Source: Gemmatimonadota bacterium (GTDB lineage: Bacteria > Gemmatimonadota > Gemmatimonadetes > Gemmatimonadales > GWC2-71-9). Taken from it: a stretch of DNA of 64,000 bases. The stretch covers positions 17,441 through 81,440 of the forward strand of contig JBDTTF010000185.1 of NCBI GenBank assembly GCA_039930765.1, read 5' to 3'. The notes under the pieces are model-generated. The model was not told where the DNA came from, did not search any database, and saw nothing but the letters and a program-made list of their open reading frames with translations. The translations under genes and the position numbers were made by a program. Below, in pieces: positions 47,496 to 57,149 of the stretch. Positions within the stretch are counted from its first letter, which is position 1. Every line of letters begins with the position of its first letter.

Positions 47496-49538
47496 ATGTC
47501 AAGGTCAGTGCGCTGGGCAATCCGAACACTGCTGTGCTGGTTGATCCTCTCGCCGGTCTCGTCCGCCTGGTCACTCCTGTCCGCCCAGCAGAAGCACCCG
47601 ATCGGCATCGACGAGTACATCGGCCTCAAGACCGTCGGGGATCCGCAACTCTCTCCCGACGGGCAGCGGGTGGCGTTTACCCTGACCAGTACGTCGCTGC
47701 AGGACAACAAGAGCGTCACCAAGATCTGGCTGGCCGACCTCAATTCCGGCCGCACCACCCAGCTCACCAGCGGCTCCGGCAGCGATCGCAATCCCCGCTG
47801 GGCCCCGGACGGCAAGTCGGTGGTGTTCATCTCGTCGCGGGAGGGTGGCGCCCAGATCTGGCGGCTGCCCCTCGAGGGCGGTGAGGCCGCCAAGCTGACC
47901 GAGACCGGCGACGGGGTCAATGATTTCCTGATGGCGCCCGATGGCAGGACCTTCTACTACACCAGCGATGTGCGCTGGCCCGATACAACCGAGATCGACC
48001 GGCGCAACGGCCGCTATCCGACTGACGCGAAGATCTGGACCGACCTGTTCTACCGGCACTGGAATGAATGGCGGGTCGGGATCCGGTCGCATCTGTTCCG
48101 GTTGGATCCCGATGATGGTCATTCGACCGACATCACGCCGATCGACCGGGACGTGCCGCCGCTCGCCCTGGGCGGCCGTGACATCGCCATTTCTCCGGCC
48201 AACACCGAGCTGGCCATCGTCTACAATCCCGACTCAGTGGTTGCCACCAGCACCAACAACGATGTCTTCCTGATGGGCGTCGACGGTGAGGGACGCCAGC
48301 CAATCACCACCAGCCGGGCCAACGACAACAGTCCGCTCTACTCTCCCGACGGCCGCAACCTGGCCTACCTGGCCATGACAGTGCCGGGATTCGAGGCGGA
48401 CCGCCAGGAGGTCATCCTGTTCGAGCGGGCCTCCGGCCGCCGGATTCCGCTGACCCCGGACTGGTCACTCAGCGTGGCCGCGATCAGCTGGGCCCCGGAC
48501 TCACGATCGATCTACGCCGAGGTCGAGGAGCGCGGCGAGCACACCTTCTATCGGATCGACATCAACGGCGGCAAGCGGTTCAAGCTGATCAGCGGCGGCT
48601 TCAACACCGCACTCCAGGTGTCCAGCCGCGGTGATCGCCTGGTCTATCTGCATTCCTCCGCGGTCCACCCACTGGAGGTCTGGACCTCGAAGATCGATGG
48701 CAAGGAAGCCCGGGCCGTCACCCACATCCATGACGAATTATTTGCCGGCCTCGACATCCGGCCATTGGAGGCCTTTGCCTTCGTGGGCGCCATGGGCGAC
48801 TCGGTCCATGGCTGGCTGATGAAGCCGCCGGGCTTTGATTCGACCAAACGCTATCCGCTGGTGTACCTGATCCACGGCGGGCCGCAGGGTGCGTGGCTGG
48901 ATCAATGGCATGGCCGCTGGAACTACGCCCTGTTTGCCGCCCGCGGATACGTGGTGGCGGCGGTCAACTTCCACGGCTCGACCGGCTATGGCCAGGCCTT
49001 CACCAATGCCATCTCCGGCCACTGGGGAGACATTCCGTACGAAGACCTGATGAAGGGGCTCGACGTCGTCGCCGCCCGGCCCTACGTCGATCCTGCCCGT
49101 CTGGGCGCCGCCGGCGCTTCCTACGGTGGCTACATGATCTACTGGATGGCGGGGCACACCGACCGGTTCAAGGTGATGGTGGCCCATGACGGCGTCTACA
49201 ACAACCTGAGCATGGCCGGCAGTACCGAGGAGCTCTGGTTCCCGGAGCACGAATTCGGCGGCACGATGCTGGACACCCAGGGACGGGCCACCATGGAGAT
49301 GTGGTCACCGGTCAACACCGTGAGTCAGTGGAAGACCCCGATGCTGATCGTCCACAGCCAGAAGGACTACCGGATCGAGTTGTCGGAAGGGCTCCAGGCC
49401 TTCACCGCCCTCAAGCTGCTCGGCGTTCCGGCCAAATTCCTTTATTTCCCGGACGAGGACCACTTTATCAGCCGGCCACGGAACCGCCGGATCTGGTGGA
49501 ACACGGTCCTCGACTGGCTGGATCAATACCTCAAGTGA
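47496..49538 (+). CDS. S9 family peptidase (acylaminoacyl/dipeptidyl peptidase) with beta-propeller
   Basis: Signal peptide, PD40-like SPDG repeats, IHGGPQ, GASYGG, D.R, FPDEDH. Confidence 0.93.
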   Translation: MSRSVRWAIRTLLCWLILSPVSSAWSLLSAQQKHPIGIDEYIGLKTVGDPQLSPDGQRVAFTLTSTSLQDNKSVTKIWLADLNSGRTTQLTSGSGSDRNPRWAPDGKSVVFISSREGGAQIWRLPLEGGEAAKLTETGDGVNDFLMAPDGRTFYYTSDVRWPDTTEIDRRNGRYPTDAKIWTDLFYRHWNEWRVGIRSHLFRLDPDDGHSTDITPIDRDVPPLALGGRDIAISPANTELAIVYNPDSVVATSTNNDVFLMGVDGEGRQPITTSRANDNSPLYSPDGRNLAYLAMTVPGFEADRQEVILFERASGRRIPLTPDWSLSVAAISWAPDSRSIYAEVEERGEHTFYRIDINGGKRFKLISGGFNTALQVSSRGDRLVYLHSSAVHPLEVWTSKIDGKEARAVTHIHDELFAGLDIRPLEAFAFVGAMGDSVHGWLMKPPGFDSTKRYPLVYLIHGGPQGAWLDQWHGRWNYALFAARGYVVAAVNFHGSTGYGQAFTNAISGHWGDIPYEDLMKGLDVVAARPYVDPARLGAAGASYGGYMIYWMAGHTDRFKVMVAHDGVYNNLSMAGSTEELWFPEHEFGGTMLDTQGRATMEMWSPVNTVSQWKTPMLIVHSQKDYRIELSEGLQAFTALKLLGVPAKFLYFPDEDHFISRPRNRRIWWNTVLDWLDQYLK

Positions 49539-49930
49539 TCCGCTCCCTGTTCGTCCGCTGGCTGATCAATACCCTGGCCATCTACCTGGCCATCCGGCTG
49601 GTGCCCGGCATCCGGTTCGACGGCGGGGCCGGCGCGCTGCTGGCAGTGGCCGTCATCTTCGGGCTGGTCAACAGCTTTCTCAGGCCGATCCTGACCCTGC
49701 TAACCTGCCCGCTGGTGCTGCTCACGCTGGGACTGTTCACCTTCGTGATCAATGCCATGCTGCTGCTGGTCACCGCTTCGCTCTCCCGGCAGCTCGGACT
49801 GGGGCTGTCGATCGACGGCTTCTGGCCTGCGTTCTTTGCCGGGATTCTGATCGGGGTGGTCAGCACGATCATCTCACTCCTGGTGGGCGAGAACCAAGTC
49901 GAGGTCAAGATGGAGCGCCACGATGGCTGA
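49535..49930 (+). CDS. Phage_holin_4_2/YvlD family membrane protein
   Basis: FGLVN.FLRPIL.LLT.P...LTLGLF..VINA, GFW.AF; GTG overlapping the upstream stop. Confidence 0.85.
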   Translation: MIRSLFVRWLINTLAIYLAIRLVPGIRFDGGAGALLAVAVIFGLVNSFLRPILTLLTCPLVLLTLGLFTFVINAMLLLVTASLSRQLGLGLSIDGFWPAFFAGILIGVVSTIISLLVGENQVEVKMERHDG

Positions 49931-50092
49931 ACCGATCAGCGTCATAAAGCATTACAGGCCATTGGCTTGTGCTCCATAGCCTGGGCCGGAACTCTCGGAC
50001 CATACCCCGGCTGGTTCGCGCCCGGAGCACCGTGACCCTCCCGTGACAGCCGCCTCCTTCCCCCCCTCCTCAGCCCATCGTAAGATCCAGCC

Positions 50093-52216
50093 ATGACCAC
50101 GGTACCCCACAGCCCCCCGATTACCCGCCTGAGCGATGCTCACTTTTCTGCCGAGCCGGACCTCCGCGAGGCTTCGCTCTATCTCAACCGCGAGCTGAGC
50201 TGGCTGGAGTTCAACCGGCGGGTGCTGCAGGAGGCGCTGGACGAGCGAACCCCACTGCTCGAGCGGGTCAAATTCTTCGGCATCTTCTCGTCCAACCTCG
50301 ACGAGTTTTTTCAGATCCGGGTCTCGGGCCTCAAGGAACAGGTCGCCGCCGGGTACGCCGAGCGGGGCAATGACGGGATGACTCCGGAAGCGCAGCTTCG
50401 GACCATCCGGTCGGTGGTCCGTGAGCAGCAGCGGCTGCACAGTGCCGGTCTCAAGGCGCTGCGTCCGGAGCTGATTCACCAGGGTGTGCACCTGCTCGAC
50501 CTCAATGAAGTCAGCGAGGCCGACCGGGCGTATCTCGACCGCTACTTCCAGGAAAATGTCTTTCCGGTGCTGACGCCTCTGGCGGTCGATCCGGTTCACC
50601 CTTTTCCGTACATTTCAAACCTCAGCCTCTCGCTGGCCGTGGTACTGGCCGGGCCCGATGGCGAGGAACGCCTGGCCCGGGTCAAGGTCCCCAAGATTCT
50701 GTCCCGCTGGGTCCCCCTCGGCCCGCCCAATCACTTCGTGCCGCTGGAGCAGCTGATCGGCGCCCACCTTGGGCAGCTCTTTCCGGGGGTGCCGCTGGCC
50801 GGCTGGTATTCGTTCCGGATTACCCGGAACACCGATATCGAAGTGGCCCAGGACGAGGCGGAAGACCTGCTCAGCGTCATTCAGGAGGAGATCCGGAATC
50901 GCCGATTCGGCTTTGTTACCCGGATCGAAGTCTCCCCGGATATGCCCGCCTCGATCCGCGACGTGCTGCTGTCGGAGTTCACCGCCGAACAGGATGTCGG
51001 GGGAGCCCCGCTCACGACCGACGACGTCTACGAGGTCGATGGCCTGCTGGACACGGCGGACTTGCTCAACTTTGCGGTGACCGACCTGCCGGAGCTGCGC
51101 GATGCGGTGTTTCAGCCCGCTCCGCCGGGCCGGCTGGCCGGCAAGCGGAATATCTTCGATGTCATTCGCGAAGGCGATCTCCTGCTCCACCACCCCTATG
51201 AGAGCTTCTCCGCCTCGGTAGAACGGTTCATTCAAACAGCGGTCGACGATCCCGATGTCGTGGCCATCAAGCTCACGCTGTACCGCACCGGGCGTGAATC
51301 CACCATTCCCCGGCTTCTGGCCCAGGCGGCCGAGCGGGGTAAGCAGGTGGCAGTCCTGATCGAACTGCAGGCCCGGTTTGACGAGGAGAACAACATCGTC
51401 TGGGCCAAGCGGCTGGAAGACGTCGGGGCCCACGTGAGCTATGGGGTAGCGGGCCTCAAGACCCACGCCAAGGTGCTCCTGGTCGTGCGGCGTGAAGGCG
51501 AGACGATGCGCCGCTACGTCCACATCGGGACCGGTAACTACCATCCCCGCACCGCTCGGCTCTACACCGACTTCGGGCTGCTCACCACCGACCCCGACCT
51601 CGGGGCGGATCTGTCCGACCTGTTCAACGTGCTGACCGGGTTTGCCGACCCGCCGGCCTACCGCAAGCTGATCGTGGCGCCCAGGGACATGCGCCGGCGG
51701 TTCCTCGAGATGGTACGGCGCGAGACCGCCTATGCCGAGCAGGGCCGGCCGGCCCGAATCGCGCTCAAGATGAATGCCCTGGTCGATCAGGACCTGATCG
51801 CGGCGCTGTACCAGGCCTCGCGGGCCGGGGTCAAGGTCGACCTCGTGATCCGCGGCATCTGCTCGCTCCGGCCCGGGATTCCGGGGGTCAGCGAGAATAT
51901 CCGGGTGGTCAGTGTCATCGGCCGGTTCCTGGAGCACTCCCGCGCCTTCTATTTCCTCAATGGCGGGGAGGAAGAGGTCTACATCGGCTCGGCCGACTGG
52001 ATGCCGCGCAACCTGGAACGCCGGATCGAGGCGGTGACTCCGATCCCAGACCCCGGCCAGCGCCGAGCGATACTCGAAATCATCGAGCTGATGCTGGAAG
52101 ACAACCGGCAGGCCTGGGATCTGCTGCCGGACGGGAGCTACATCCAGCGAAGGCCTCCGGACGGCGGACCCGAGCTGGCAACCCACCGACGGCTGATGGA
52201 ACGCAACGCGATCTGA
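50093..52216 (+). CDS. ppk1: Polyphosphate kinase 1
   Basis: NRELSWLEFNRRVL, SNLDEFF, HPFPYIS, HHPYESF, ARFDEENN, KTHAK, SADWMPRNL.RRIE. Confidence 0.97.
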   Translation: MTTVPHSPPITRLSDAHFSAEPDLREASLYLNRELSWLEFNRRVLQEALDERTPLLERVKFFGIFSSNLDEFFQIRVSGLKEQVAAGYAERGNDGMTPEAQLRTIRSVVREQQRLHSAGLKALRPELIHQGVHLLDLNEVSEADRAYLDRYFQENVFPVLTPLAVDPVHPFPYISNLSLSLAVVLAGPDGEERLARVKVPKILSRWVPLGPPNHFVPLEQLIGAHLGQLFPGVPLAGWYSFRITRNTDIEVAQDEAEDLLSVIQEEIRNRRFGFVTRIEVSPDMPASIRDVLLSEFTAEQDVGGAPLTTDDVYEVDGLLDTADLLNFAVTDLPELRDAVFQPAPPGRLAGKRNIFDVIREGDLLLHHPYESFSASVERFIQTAVDDPDVVAIKLTLYRTGRESTIPRLLAQAAERGKQVAVLIELQARFDEENNIVWAKRLEDVGAHVSYGVAGLKTHAKVLLVVRREGETMRRYVHIGTGNYHPRTARLYTDFGLLTTDPDLGADLSDLFNVLTGFADPPAYRKLIVAPRDMRRRFLEMVRRETAYAEQGRPARIALKMNALVDQDLIAALYQASRAGVKVDLVIRGICSLRPGIPGVSENIRVVSVIGRFLEHSRAFYFLNGGEEEVYIGSADWMPRNLERRIEAVTPIPDPGQRRAILEIIELMLEDNRQAWDLLPDGSYIQRRPPDGGPELATHRRLMERNAI

Positions 52217-52294
52217 GCAGATTGGGAGGCCCGACCGGCTTGCAAATAAGTGCTGGTCCTGCAACAATTCATGAACGTCCTCCGCGGAGACGGC

Positions 52295-52636
52295 ATGAAC
52301 GCTCGGGATCAACGATCGGAAGCACGGGTCAGTTACCCTCGCCCCAGCAAGTCAGGATTCCTCTTCGGTGCCCAAGCCCTCTCAGTAGTCGACCTGTCAG
52401 AACGCGGTTTTCGATTCATGACCAGCGGCGCCGCGGCGCTCACCGCTGTGGGCCAGCGCCTCTGCGGCATCGTCTGCCTCCGCCACGGCGAGACGGCGGC
52501 GGTCGCCGGCACAGTCATCCGGGTCGACGGCCAGGAAGTCGCCGTCCAGTCCGATGAAATCCCCATCCCATTCGAGTTGATCCTGGCCGAGCGGCTGTTC
52601 CTGGAAACCGGGCGGACGGGGCTGGTACTGACCTAG
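52295..52636 (+). CDS. Stand-alone PilZ domain protein (c-di-GMP receptor)
   Basis: RSEAR (RxxxR) and DLSERG (DxSxxG) motifs, G.VIRV; GGAG SD before ATG 52295. Confidence 0.78.
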   Translation: MNARDQRSEARVSYPRPSKSGFLFGAQALSVVDLSERGFRFMTSGAAALTAVGQRLCGIVCLRHGETAAVAGTVIRVDGQEVAVQSDEIPIPFELILAERLFLETGRTGLVLT

Positions 52637-52739
52637 TCGTTAGCTGGGAGCCATTGGCCGTGAGCGAGCAAGAAAAACCCCGGAAGCTCACGCTCCGGGG
52701 CTTTTTTCTAACGGCTAACGGCCAACGGCCAATGGCTAG
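52633..52739. repeat. Inverted tandem heptamer repeats surrounding a terminator
   Basis: ctagtcg ttagctg ggagcca ttggccg versus ctaacgg ctaacgg ccaacgg ccaatgg ctag. Confidence 0.65.
52671..52709. terminator. Bidirectional intrinsic terminator
   Basis: AGAAAAA-CCCCGGA-loop-TCCGGGG-C-TTTTTTCT between convergent genes. Confidence 0.85.
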
Positions 52740-53845
52740 TGAGCCAGCTCCGCCCCCTCCGCAAACCTGGCGAATGCCTCCTCCTGCTCCGGCGTGAGCT
52801 TCTCGGGCAGTTGGACCTGCACGGTCACCAGCTGATCCCCCTTGCGACCGCCCTTCTCGAGGCCCAGCCCCTTGATCCTGAACTTGCGGCCTGGCTGAGT
52901 GCCAGCGGGGATCTTGAGCAGGACTTTCTTGCCATCGAGCGTCCGGACTCGCAGCCTGGTGCCGAGTACGGCCTGGGCCAGGTTGATGGGAACTTCACAG
53001 ATCAGGTCGATCCCGTCCCGGTGGAAGAACCGGTCAGGCTGGACCTGGAAAGTGACCACCAGGTCGCCGGGCGGTTCTCCGGGCCGGTTGGAGGTGCCCT
53101 GCCCTGCCAGGCGCACCCGGCCACCACTCACGGTGCCGGCCGGCACCGTGATTGAAATGTTGCGCTCCAGCCGAACTTCGCCGGCACCCTGGCAATTGCC
53201 GCAGACCATCGACGGGACCTTGCCCTTGCCCCGGCAGCGCGGGCACGGACGGCTCACGGCGTAATTGCCCTGCCCGAAGGTCACGGCTCCGCGGCCGTTG
53301 CATTCGACGCAGGTGGTGACCTTGGCGCCGGGAGCGGCCCCGCTGCCACCGCAGACCCTGCAGGTTTCGGTGACCGGAATGCTGACGGACACCTTGCCAC
53401 CCAGCGCCGCGATCCGGAACGGCACTTCGACGACGGTCTCGATCTCGGGCCGGCCTTCGTCCCGCCGGGTCCGACCGAAGATCGATGAAAAGATGTCTCC
53501 CAGCCCGCCCAGGTTGCCCAGGTCAAACTCGGCGCCATCCCCGCCATCGGTCTCGAAGCCCGGACCGCCCCCCGCCTGACCCGGGCCCGGGCCCCGTGGC
53601 CGGCGCGGCGCGGAACTGGTAAAGGCGCCCAGCCTCCGCATCTGGTCGTACTTCTTGCGCTGCTCCGGATCGGACAGCGTCGTGTGCGCCTCGGAAATTT
53701 CCTTGAAGCGTTCGACCGCCGACGGGTTATTGGGGTTGGCATCCGGGTGGTACTGCTTGGCCAGCTTCCGGTAGACCTTCTTGATGTCGTCGGCGCTGGC
53801 ACTGTCGGGGATGCCGAGGACCTGGTAGAAGTCCCGGCTCGCCAT
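52736..53845 (-). CDS. dnaJ: Chaperone DnaJ (class A)
   Basis: HPD motif, G/F-rich region, four CxxCxGxG repeats, C-terminal domain. Confidence 0.94.
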   Translation of the reverse strand: MASRDFYQVLGIPDSASADDIKKVYRKLAKQYHPDANPNNPSAVERFKEISEAHTTLSDPEQRKKYDQMRRLGAFTSSAPRRPRGPGPGQAGGGPGFETDGGDGAEFDLGNLGGLGDIFSSIFGRTRRDEGRPEIETVVEVPFRIAALGGKVSVSIPVTETCRVCGGSGAAPGAKVTTCVECNGRGAVTFGQGNYAVSRPCPRCRGKGKVPSMVCGNCQGAGEVRLERNISITVPAGTVSGGRVRLAGQGTSNRPGEPPGDLVVTFQVQPDRFFHRDGIDLICEVPINLAQAVLGTRLRVRTLDGKKVLLKIPAGTQPGRKFRIKGLGLEKGGRKGDQLVTVQVQLPEKLTPEQEEAFARFAEGAELAH

Positions 53846-54459
53846 CAGGCGTGCCCCTCGGATGAGTACACCTGCACCCGGGCCGGCCGGATCAGGGTGC
53901 CCTTGAACCGGTACCCGGCCTGGAAGGTGGCCGCCACCGTGTGATCCCTGACGGGATCGGGTGACGGAAGTACATGCACCGCTTCGGCCACGGCCGGATC
54001 GAACGGCTGGCCGACCGGGTCCACCCGTTCGAGGCCAGCCGCTTCCAGCTCCTTGCGCAGCTTGCGATCGATCAGCACCAGCCCCTGCTGGACCACCACC
54101 GGGTCATTGGAATGATCGGCGCCAACCATCCGGTCCAGATCGTCCAGGGCCTCGAGCAGCCGGCCGGCCAGCGATCCCTGCGCCTTGTCGATCAGGTCCG
54201 CCCGCTCACGAGCTGTCCGCTTGCGGAAATTGTCGTACTCCGCCGCCAGCCGCAGATGCCGGTCCTTGCTCTGTTCCAGTTCGCTCGAAAGCTTCTGGAG
54301 CGTGGCTTCGGTCAGCTCAATCGGCGGGATACCATCCCGACCTTCAGTCGCCTCGGCAGACCCGGCCCCGAACGGCACCTCGCCCAATCCATCGTCGATG
54401 TCGTCGTCGGCCGGCTCGCGGCCGCCAAATCCCGAATTTTCAATCACTTGAGTTCTCAT
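53845..54459 (-). CDS. grpE: Nucleotide exchange factor GrpE
   Basis: LRLAAEYDNFRKR, LL..LDDLDR, G.PFDP...EAV, GY......IRPA.V.V. Confidence 0.94.
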   Translation of the reverse strand: MRTQVIENSGFGGREPADDDIDDGLGEVPFGAGSAEATEGRDGIPPIELTEATLQKLSSELEQSKDRHLRLAAEYDNFRKRTARERADLIDKAQGSLAGRLLEALDDLDRMVGADHSNDPVVVQQGLVLIDRKLRKELEAAGLERVDPVGQPFDPAVAEAVHVLPSPDPVRDHTVAATFQAGYRFKGTLIRPARVQVYSSEGHA

Positions 54460-54486
54460 CGCTGGAGAATTGACCGGAAAGGTAAT

Positions 54487-54502
54487 GGCAACGGCTGTGC
54501 CG
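54487..54502 (-). promoter_or_regulatory. Putative sigma54 (-24/-12) promoter of grpE-dnaJ
   Basis: Minus strand CGGCAC-AGCCG-TTGCC (GG-N10-GC), about 30 nt upstream of the grpE ATG. Confidence 0.6.
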
Positions 54503-54570
54503 GTCAGACCGGTCAGATTGACAGCGGGAAAGAATAGAGGCGATCGGGCGAAGGAGGGAGGGTCCGCCGC

Positions 54571-55812
54571 TCAAGCGGGGCGCAAACGTCGCAGCAGTTG
54601 AAACAGGGCATACTGGGCGGCCCGCCCCCGGATCTCGGAGCGATCTCCGGGTATGATCATCGTGGCGGTTTCCGTGACGCCGGCTACCCGGGTGGCAAAG
54701 CAGACCAGGCCCACCGGCTTCTCGGCGCTACCGCCGTCCGGGCCGGCAATCCCGGTGACAGCGGACGCCAGTTCGACCCCGAATCGAGCGGCCACCCCGT
54801 CTGCCATGGACCGGGCCGTGGCTTCGCTCACCGCCCCGTGAGTCGTCAACACCGACTCGGCAACGCCGAGTTCGGCCATCTTGACCCTGTCGTCATAGGC
54901 GATTGTCCCACCCCTGAATACCGCCGAGCTGCCCGGAATCGCGGTCAGGCGTGCGCCCAGCAGGCCACCAGTACACGACTCGGCCACCGCGAGGTGCAGG
55001 CCCTGTTCCCGCGCGGCGTCGAGGACCTCGGCCGCAAGATCGGCCTCATCTTCACCGTAGGCGTGCGCGCCGGCCAGCCTTCGGAGCCGATCGACCGCGA
55101 CCGCCAGCCTCAAGTCGGCCTCGGCAGGTTCGGCTTCCCAGCTGGTGACCCGAAGGTCGACGCCCGTCAGCCCGGGCAGATAGGCCAGCGTCACCGGGGC
55201 GATCTCGGTCTCGATCTCGCCCAGTCGCTCCGCCAGCGTCGATTCGGCAATGGCGGTGGTCCGCACGGTCCGCGAGCGCACCACGATCACCCCGCCGACC
55301 CGCTCCGCCAGGCGCGGCAGCACCTCATGCTCGAGCAGTCCACGCATTTCCCGCGGCACACCCGGCAGCATGATGGCCAGTCCCGGCCGGCCTTCCAGCC
55401 ACAGCCCTGGCGCTGTGCCCCACTGGTTGGGCAACACTCGGGCTCCCCTCGGCACCATGGCCTGGGTTCGATTCGACTCGACGACCGGACGCCGGATCCG
55501 GGCAAACCGGGCCAATACCGCCCGCCAGACGCTGTCGTCGAATTCGAGCGGAGCGTCGAACAGTCCGGCCACAGTGTGCTTGGTGATGTCGTCTCGGGTA
55601 GGACCGAGGCCGCCGGTGATCAGGACGGCGCCGGTGCGCTGCAGGGCGGAGCTGACGGCGGACTCGATGGCATCGGCCTGATCCGGAACCGAGGTACGGC
55701 GGACCACCCGTACGCCGATGGCGGCCAGTTGCCGGCCGATGTCCGCGGCGTTGGTATCAACGGTAAACCCCAGCAGCAGCTCGGTGCCGACCGTCACCGC
55801 CTCGAGCCGCAT
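54571..55812 (-). CDS. cinA: Competence/damage-inducible protein CinA (MoCF-biosynthesis domain + PncC)
   Basis: VGTELLLG..VDTN, TGGLGPT.DD.T, GTAPG, LPGVP.EM, AESCTGG, HGAVSE, TGIAGP.GG...KPVG. Confidence 0.94.
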   Translation of the reverse strand: MRLEAVTVGTELLLGFTVDTNAADIGRQLAAIGVRVVRRTSVPDQADAIESAVSSALQRTGAVLITGGLGPTRDDITKHTVAGLFDAPLEFDDSVWRAVLARFARIRRPVVESNRTQAMVPRGARVLPNQWGTAPGLWLEGRPGLAIMLPGVPREMRGLLEHEVLPRLAERVGGVIVVRSRTVRTTAIAESTLAERLGEIETEIAPVTLAYLPGLTGVDLRVTSWEAEPAEADLRLAVAVDRLRRLAGAHAYGEDEADLAAEVLDAAREQGLHLAVAESCTGGLLGARLTAIPGSSAVFRGGTIAYDDRVKMAELGVAESVLTTHGAVSEATARSMADGVAARFGVELASAVTGIAGPDGGSAEKPVGLVCFATRVAGVTETATMIIPGDRSEIRGRAAQYALFQLLRRLRPA

Positions 55813-55816
55813 CGAT

Positions 55817-56455
55817 TCAGCGCGACCGCGAGTGCAGCAGCGCCCGATAGCGGCTGAGGTAGCTCACGAACGAGGAAATGGTGAGGGCCAGCGCCACCGC
55901 CATGGCCACGGCCACGAATCCGCCGTGGAACTGGTTCCACCAGTTGGCCAACCGGTTGTGCTCCCACCCCAGCGGCTTCCGGGCATCGCGAAAGGCAAAC
56001 CACAAAATGGTGGCGCCGACGAAAATGTTCTGGAACACCGCCTTGAGTTTCCCGACCCCGGCGGCGGGGATGACGATCCCCTGCTGGTTGGCCCACCAGC
56101 GGAAGGCCGTCATGGCCAGCTCACGGCCCACCAGCAGCACGCAGACCCACAGCGGAATGCTGCCCCAGACCGGGATGTCGTACAGGTCGTGGCGGGTCCG
56201 GGAAATCCAGTAGATCGGGATGATGGTGGCAAAGAGGAGCAGCTTGTCGGCGATCGGATCCAGCAGCTTGCCGAGGTCGGTCACCATGTCGCGGCTGCGG
56301 GCCAGGTAGCCGTCCCAGACATCGGTGATGGCCGCGAACAGGAAGACCAGAAAACAGATCAGCTTGGGCCAGTAACCTTCAATGAATGGCAGGAGGGCAA
56401 TGACGGGCGTCAGACCGATTCTCACCAGGGTGAGAATGTTCGGCAGATTCCACAT
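55817..56455 (-). CDS. pgsA: CDP-alcohol phosphatidyltransferase (PgsA-like)
   Basis: NLPNILT..RI, TD.WDGYLAR, GKLLDPIADK, GKLKA..Q. Confidence 0.9.
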   Translation of the reverse strand: MWNLPNILTLVRIGLTPVIALLPFIEGYWPKLICFLVFLFAAITDVWDGYLARSRDMVTDLGKLLDPIADKLLLFATIIPIYWISRTRHDLYDIPVWGSIPLWVCVLLVGRELAMTAFRWWANQQGIVIPAAGVGKLKAVFQNIFVGATILWFAFRDARKPLGWEHNRLANWWNQFHGGFVAVAMAVALALTISSFVSYLSRYRALLHSRSR

Positions 56456-56457
56456 TA

Positions 56458-57135
56458 CTACGCACCGAGTGTCTTGAGCACCAGCTTGCTGACGGCCTTG
56501 AGCGTATCGAACACCCCGTCGCCATTCATGGCCACAGCCTCGAAGTAGGGGACCCGCTCGACCCACTGACCGTCCAGCTGCTCGATCAGGAACTCATCCT
56601 CGTGGTACGGATCGGGAGTCGTGCGCTGGCGGGCGGCATCTTCGAGGCCCCAGCCGGGGTTGAGCGCCGACTGCAGTTCCTTCAGCGTGGCAGCGTTGGG
56701 CAGGTCGCGCTTGTTGTACTGAATGACGAACGGAATGGTGGTGAGGTTGTAGCCGTGCTGGGCCATGTTGTCGTACAGGTTCTGCATGGCCTCGATGTTG
56801 GCTTCCATCCGCTCGACCTGGCTGTCGGCCACGAATACCACCCCGTCGACCCCCTTGAGGATCAGCTTGCGGGAGGCGTTGTAATAGACCTGCCCCGGTA
56901 CGGTGTAGAGATGGAACCGGGTCTTGAACCCGCGGATGGTGCCGAGGTCTACCGGCAGGAAGTCGAAGAACAGGGTGCGCTCGGTCTCGGTCGCCAGGGA
57001 AATGAGCTTCCCGCGGGCACCGGGCGCCACCTTGTTGTAGACGTATTCGAGGTTGGTCGTCTTCCCGCCGAGGCCAGGTCCGTAATAGACCAGCTTACAG
57101 TTGATCTCGCGCGAGGCGTAATTGATCATCGACAT
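56458..57135 (-). CDS. mglA: MglA-family small GTPase
   Basis: [61 protein letters not shown]. Confidence 0.95.
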   Translation of the reverse strand: MSMINYASREINCKLVYYGPGLGGKTTNLEYVYNKVAPGARGKLISLATETERTLFFDFLPVDLGTIRGFKTRFHLYTVPGQVYYNASRKLILKGVDGVVFVADSQVERMEANIEAMQNLYDNMAQHGYNLTTIPFVIQYNKRDLPNAATLKELQSALNPGWGLEDAARQRTTPDPYHEDEFLIEQLDGQWVERVPYFEAVAMNGDGVFDTLKAVSKLVLKTLGA

Positions 57136-57149
57136 CGGTCAGGTCCCTC

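Noticed and set aside
49535-49930. Holin-family gene as a prophage remnant
   Set aside because: The YvlD/holin_4_2 family is commonly chromosomal, and no phage genes are nearby.
52228-52243. Sigma54 promoter upstream of the PilZ gene (GGCCCGACCGGCTTGC)
   Set aside because: GG-to-GC spacing is 12 nt rather than the required 10.
54447-54467. HspR HAIR operator (CTTGAGT-N7-GCTGGAG) at the grpE start
   Set aside because: The right arm matches only 4 of 7, and no hspR gene follows dnaJ.
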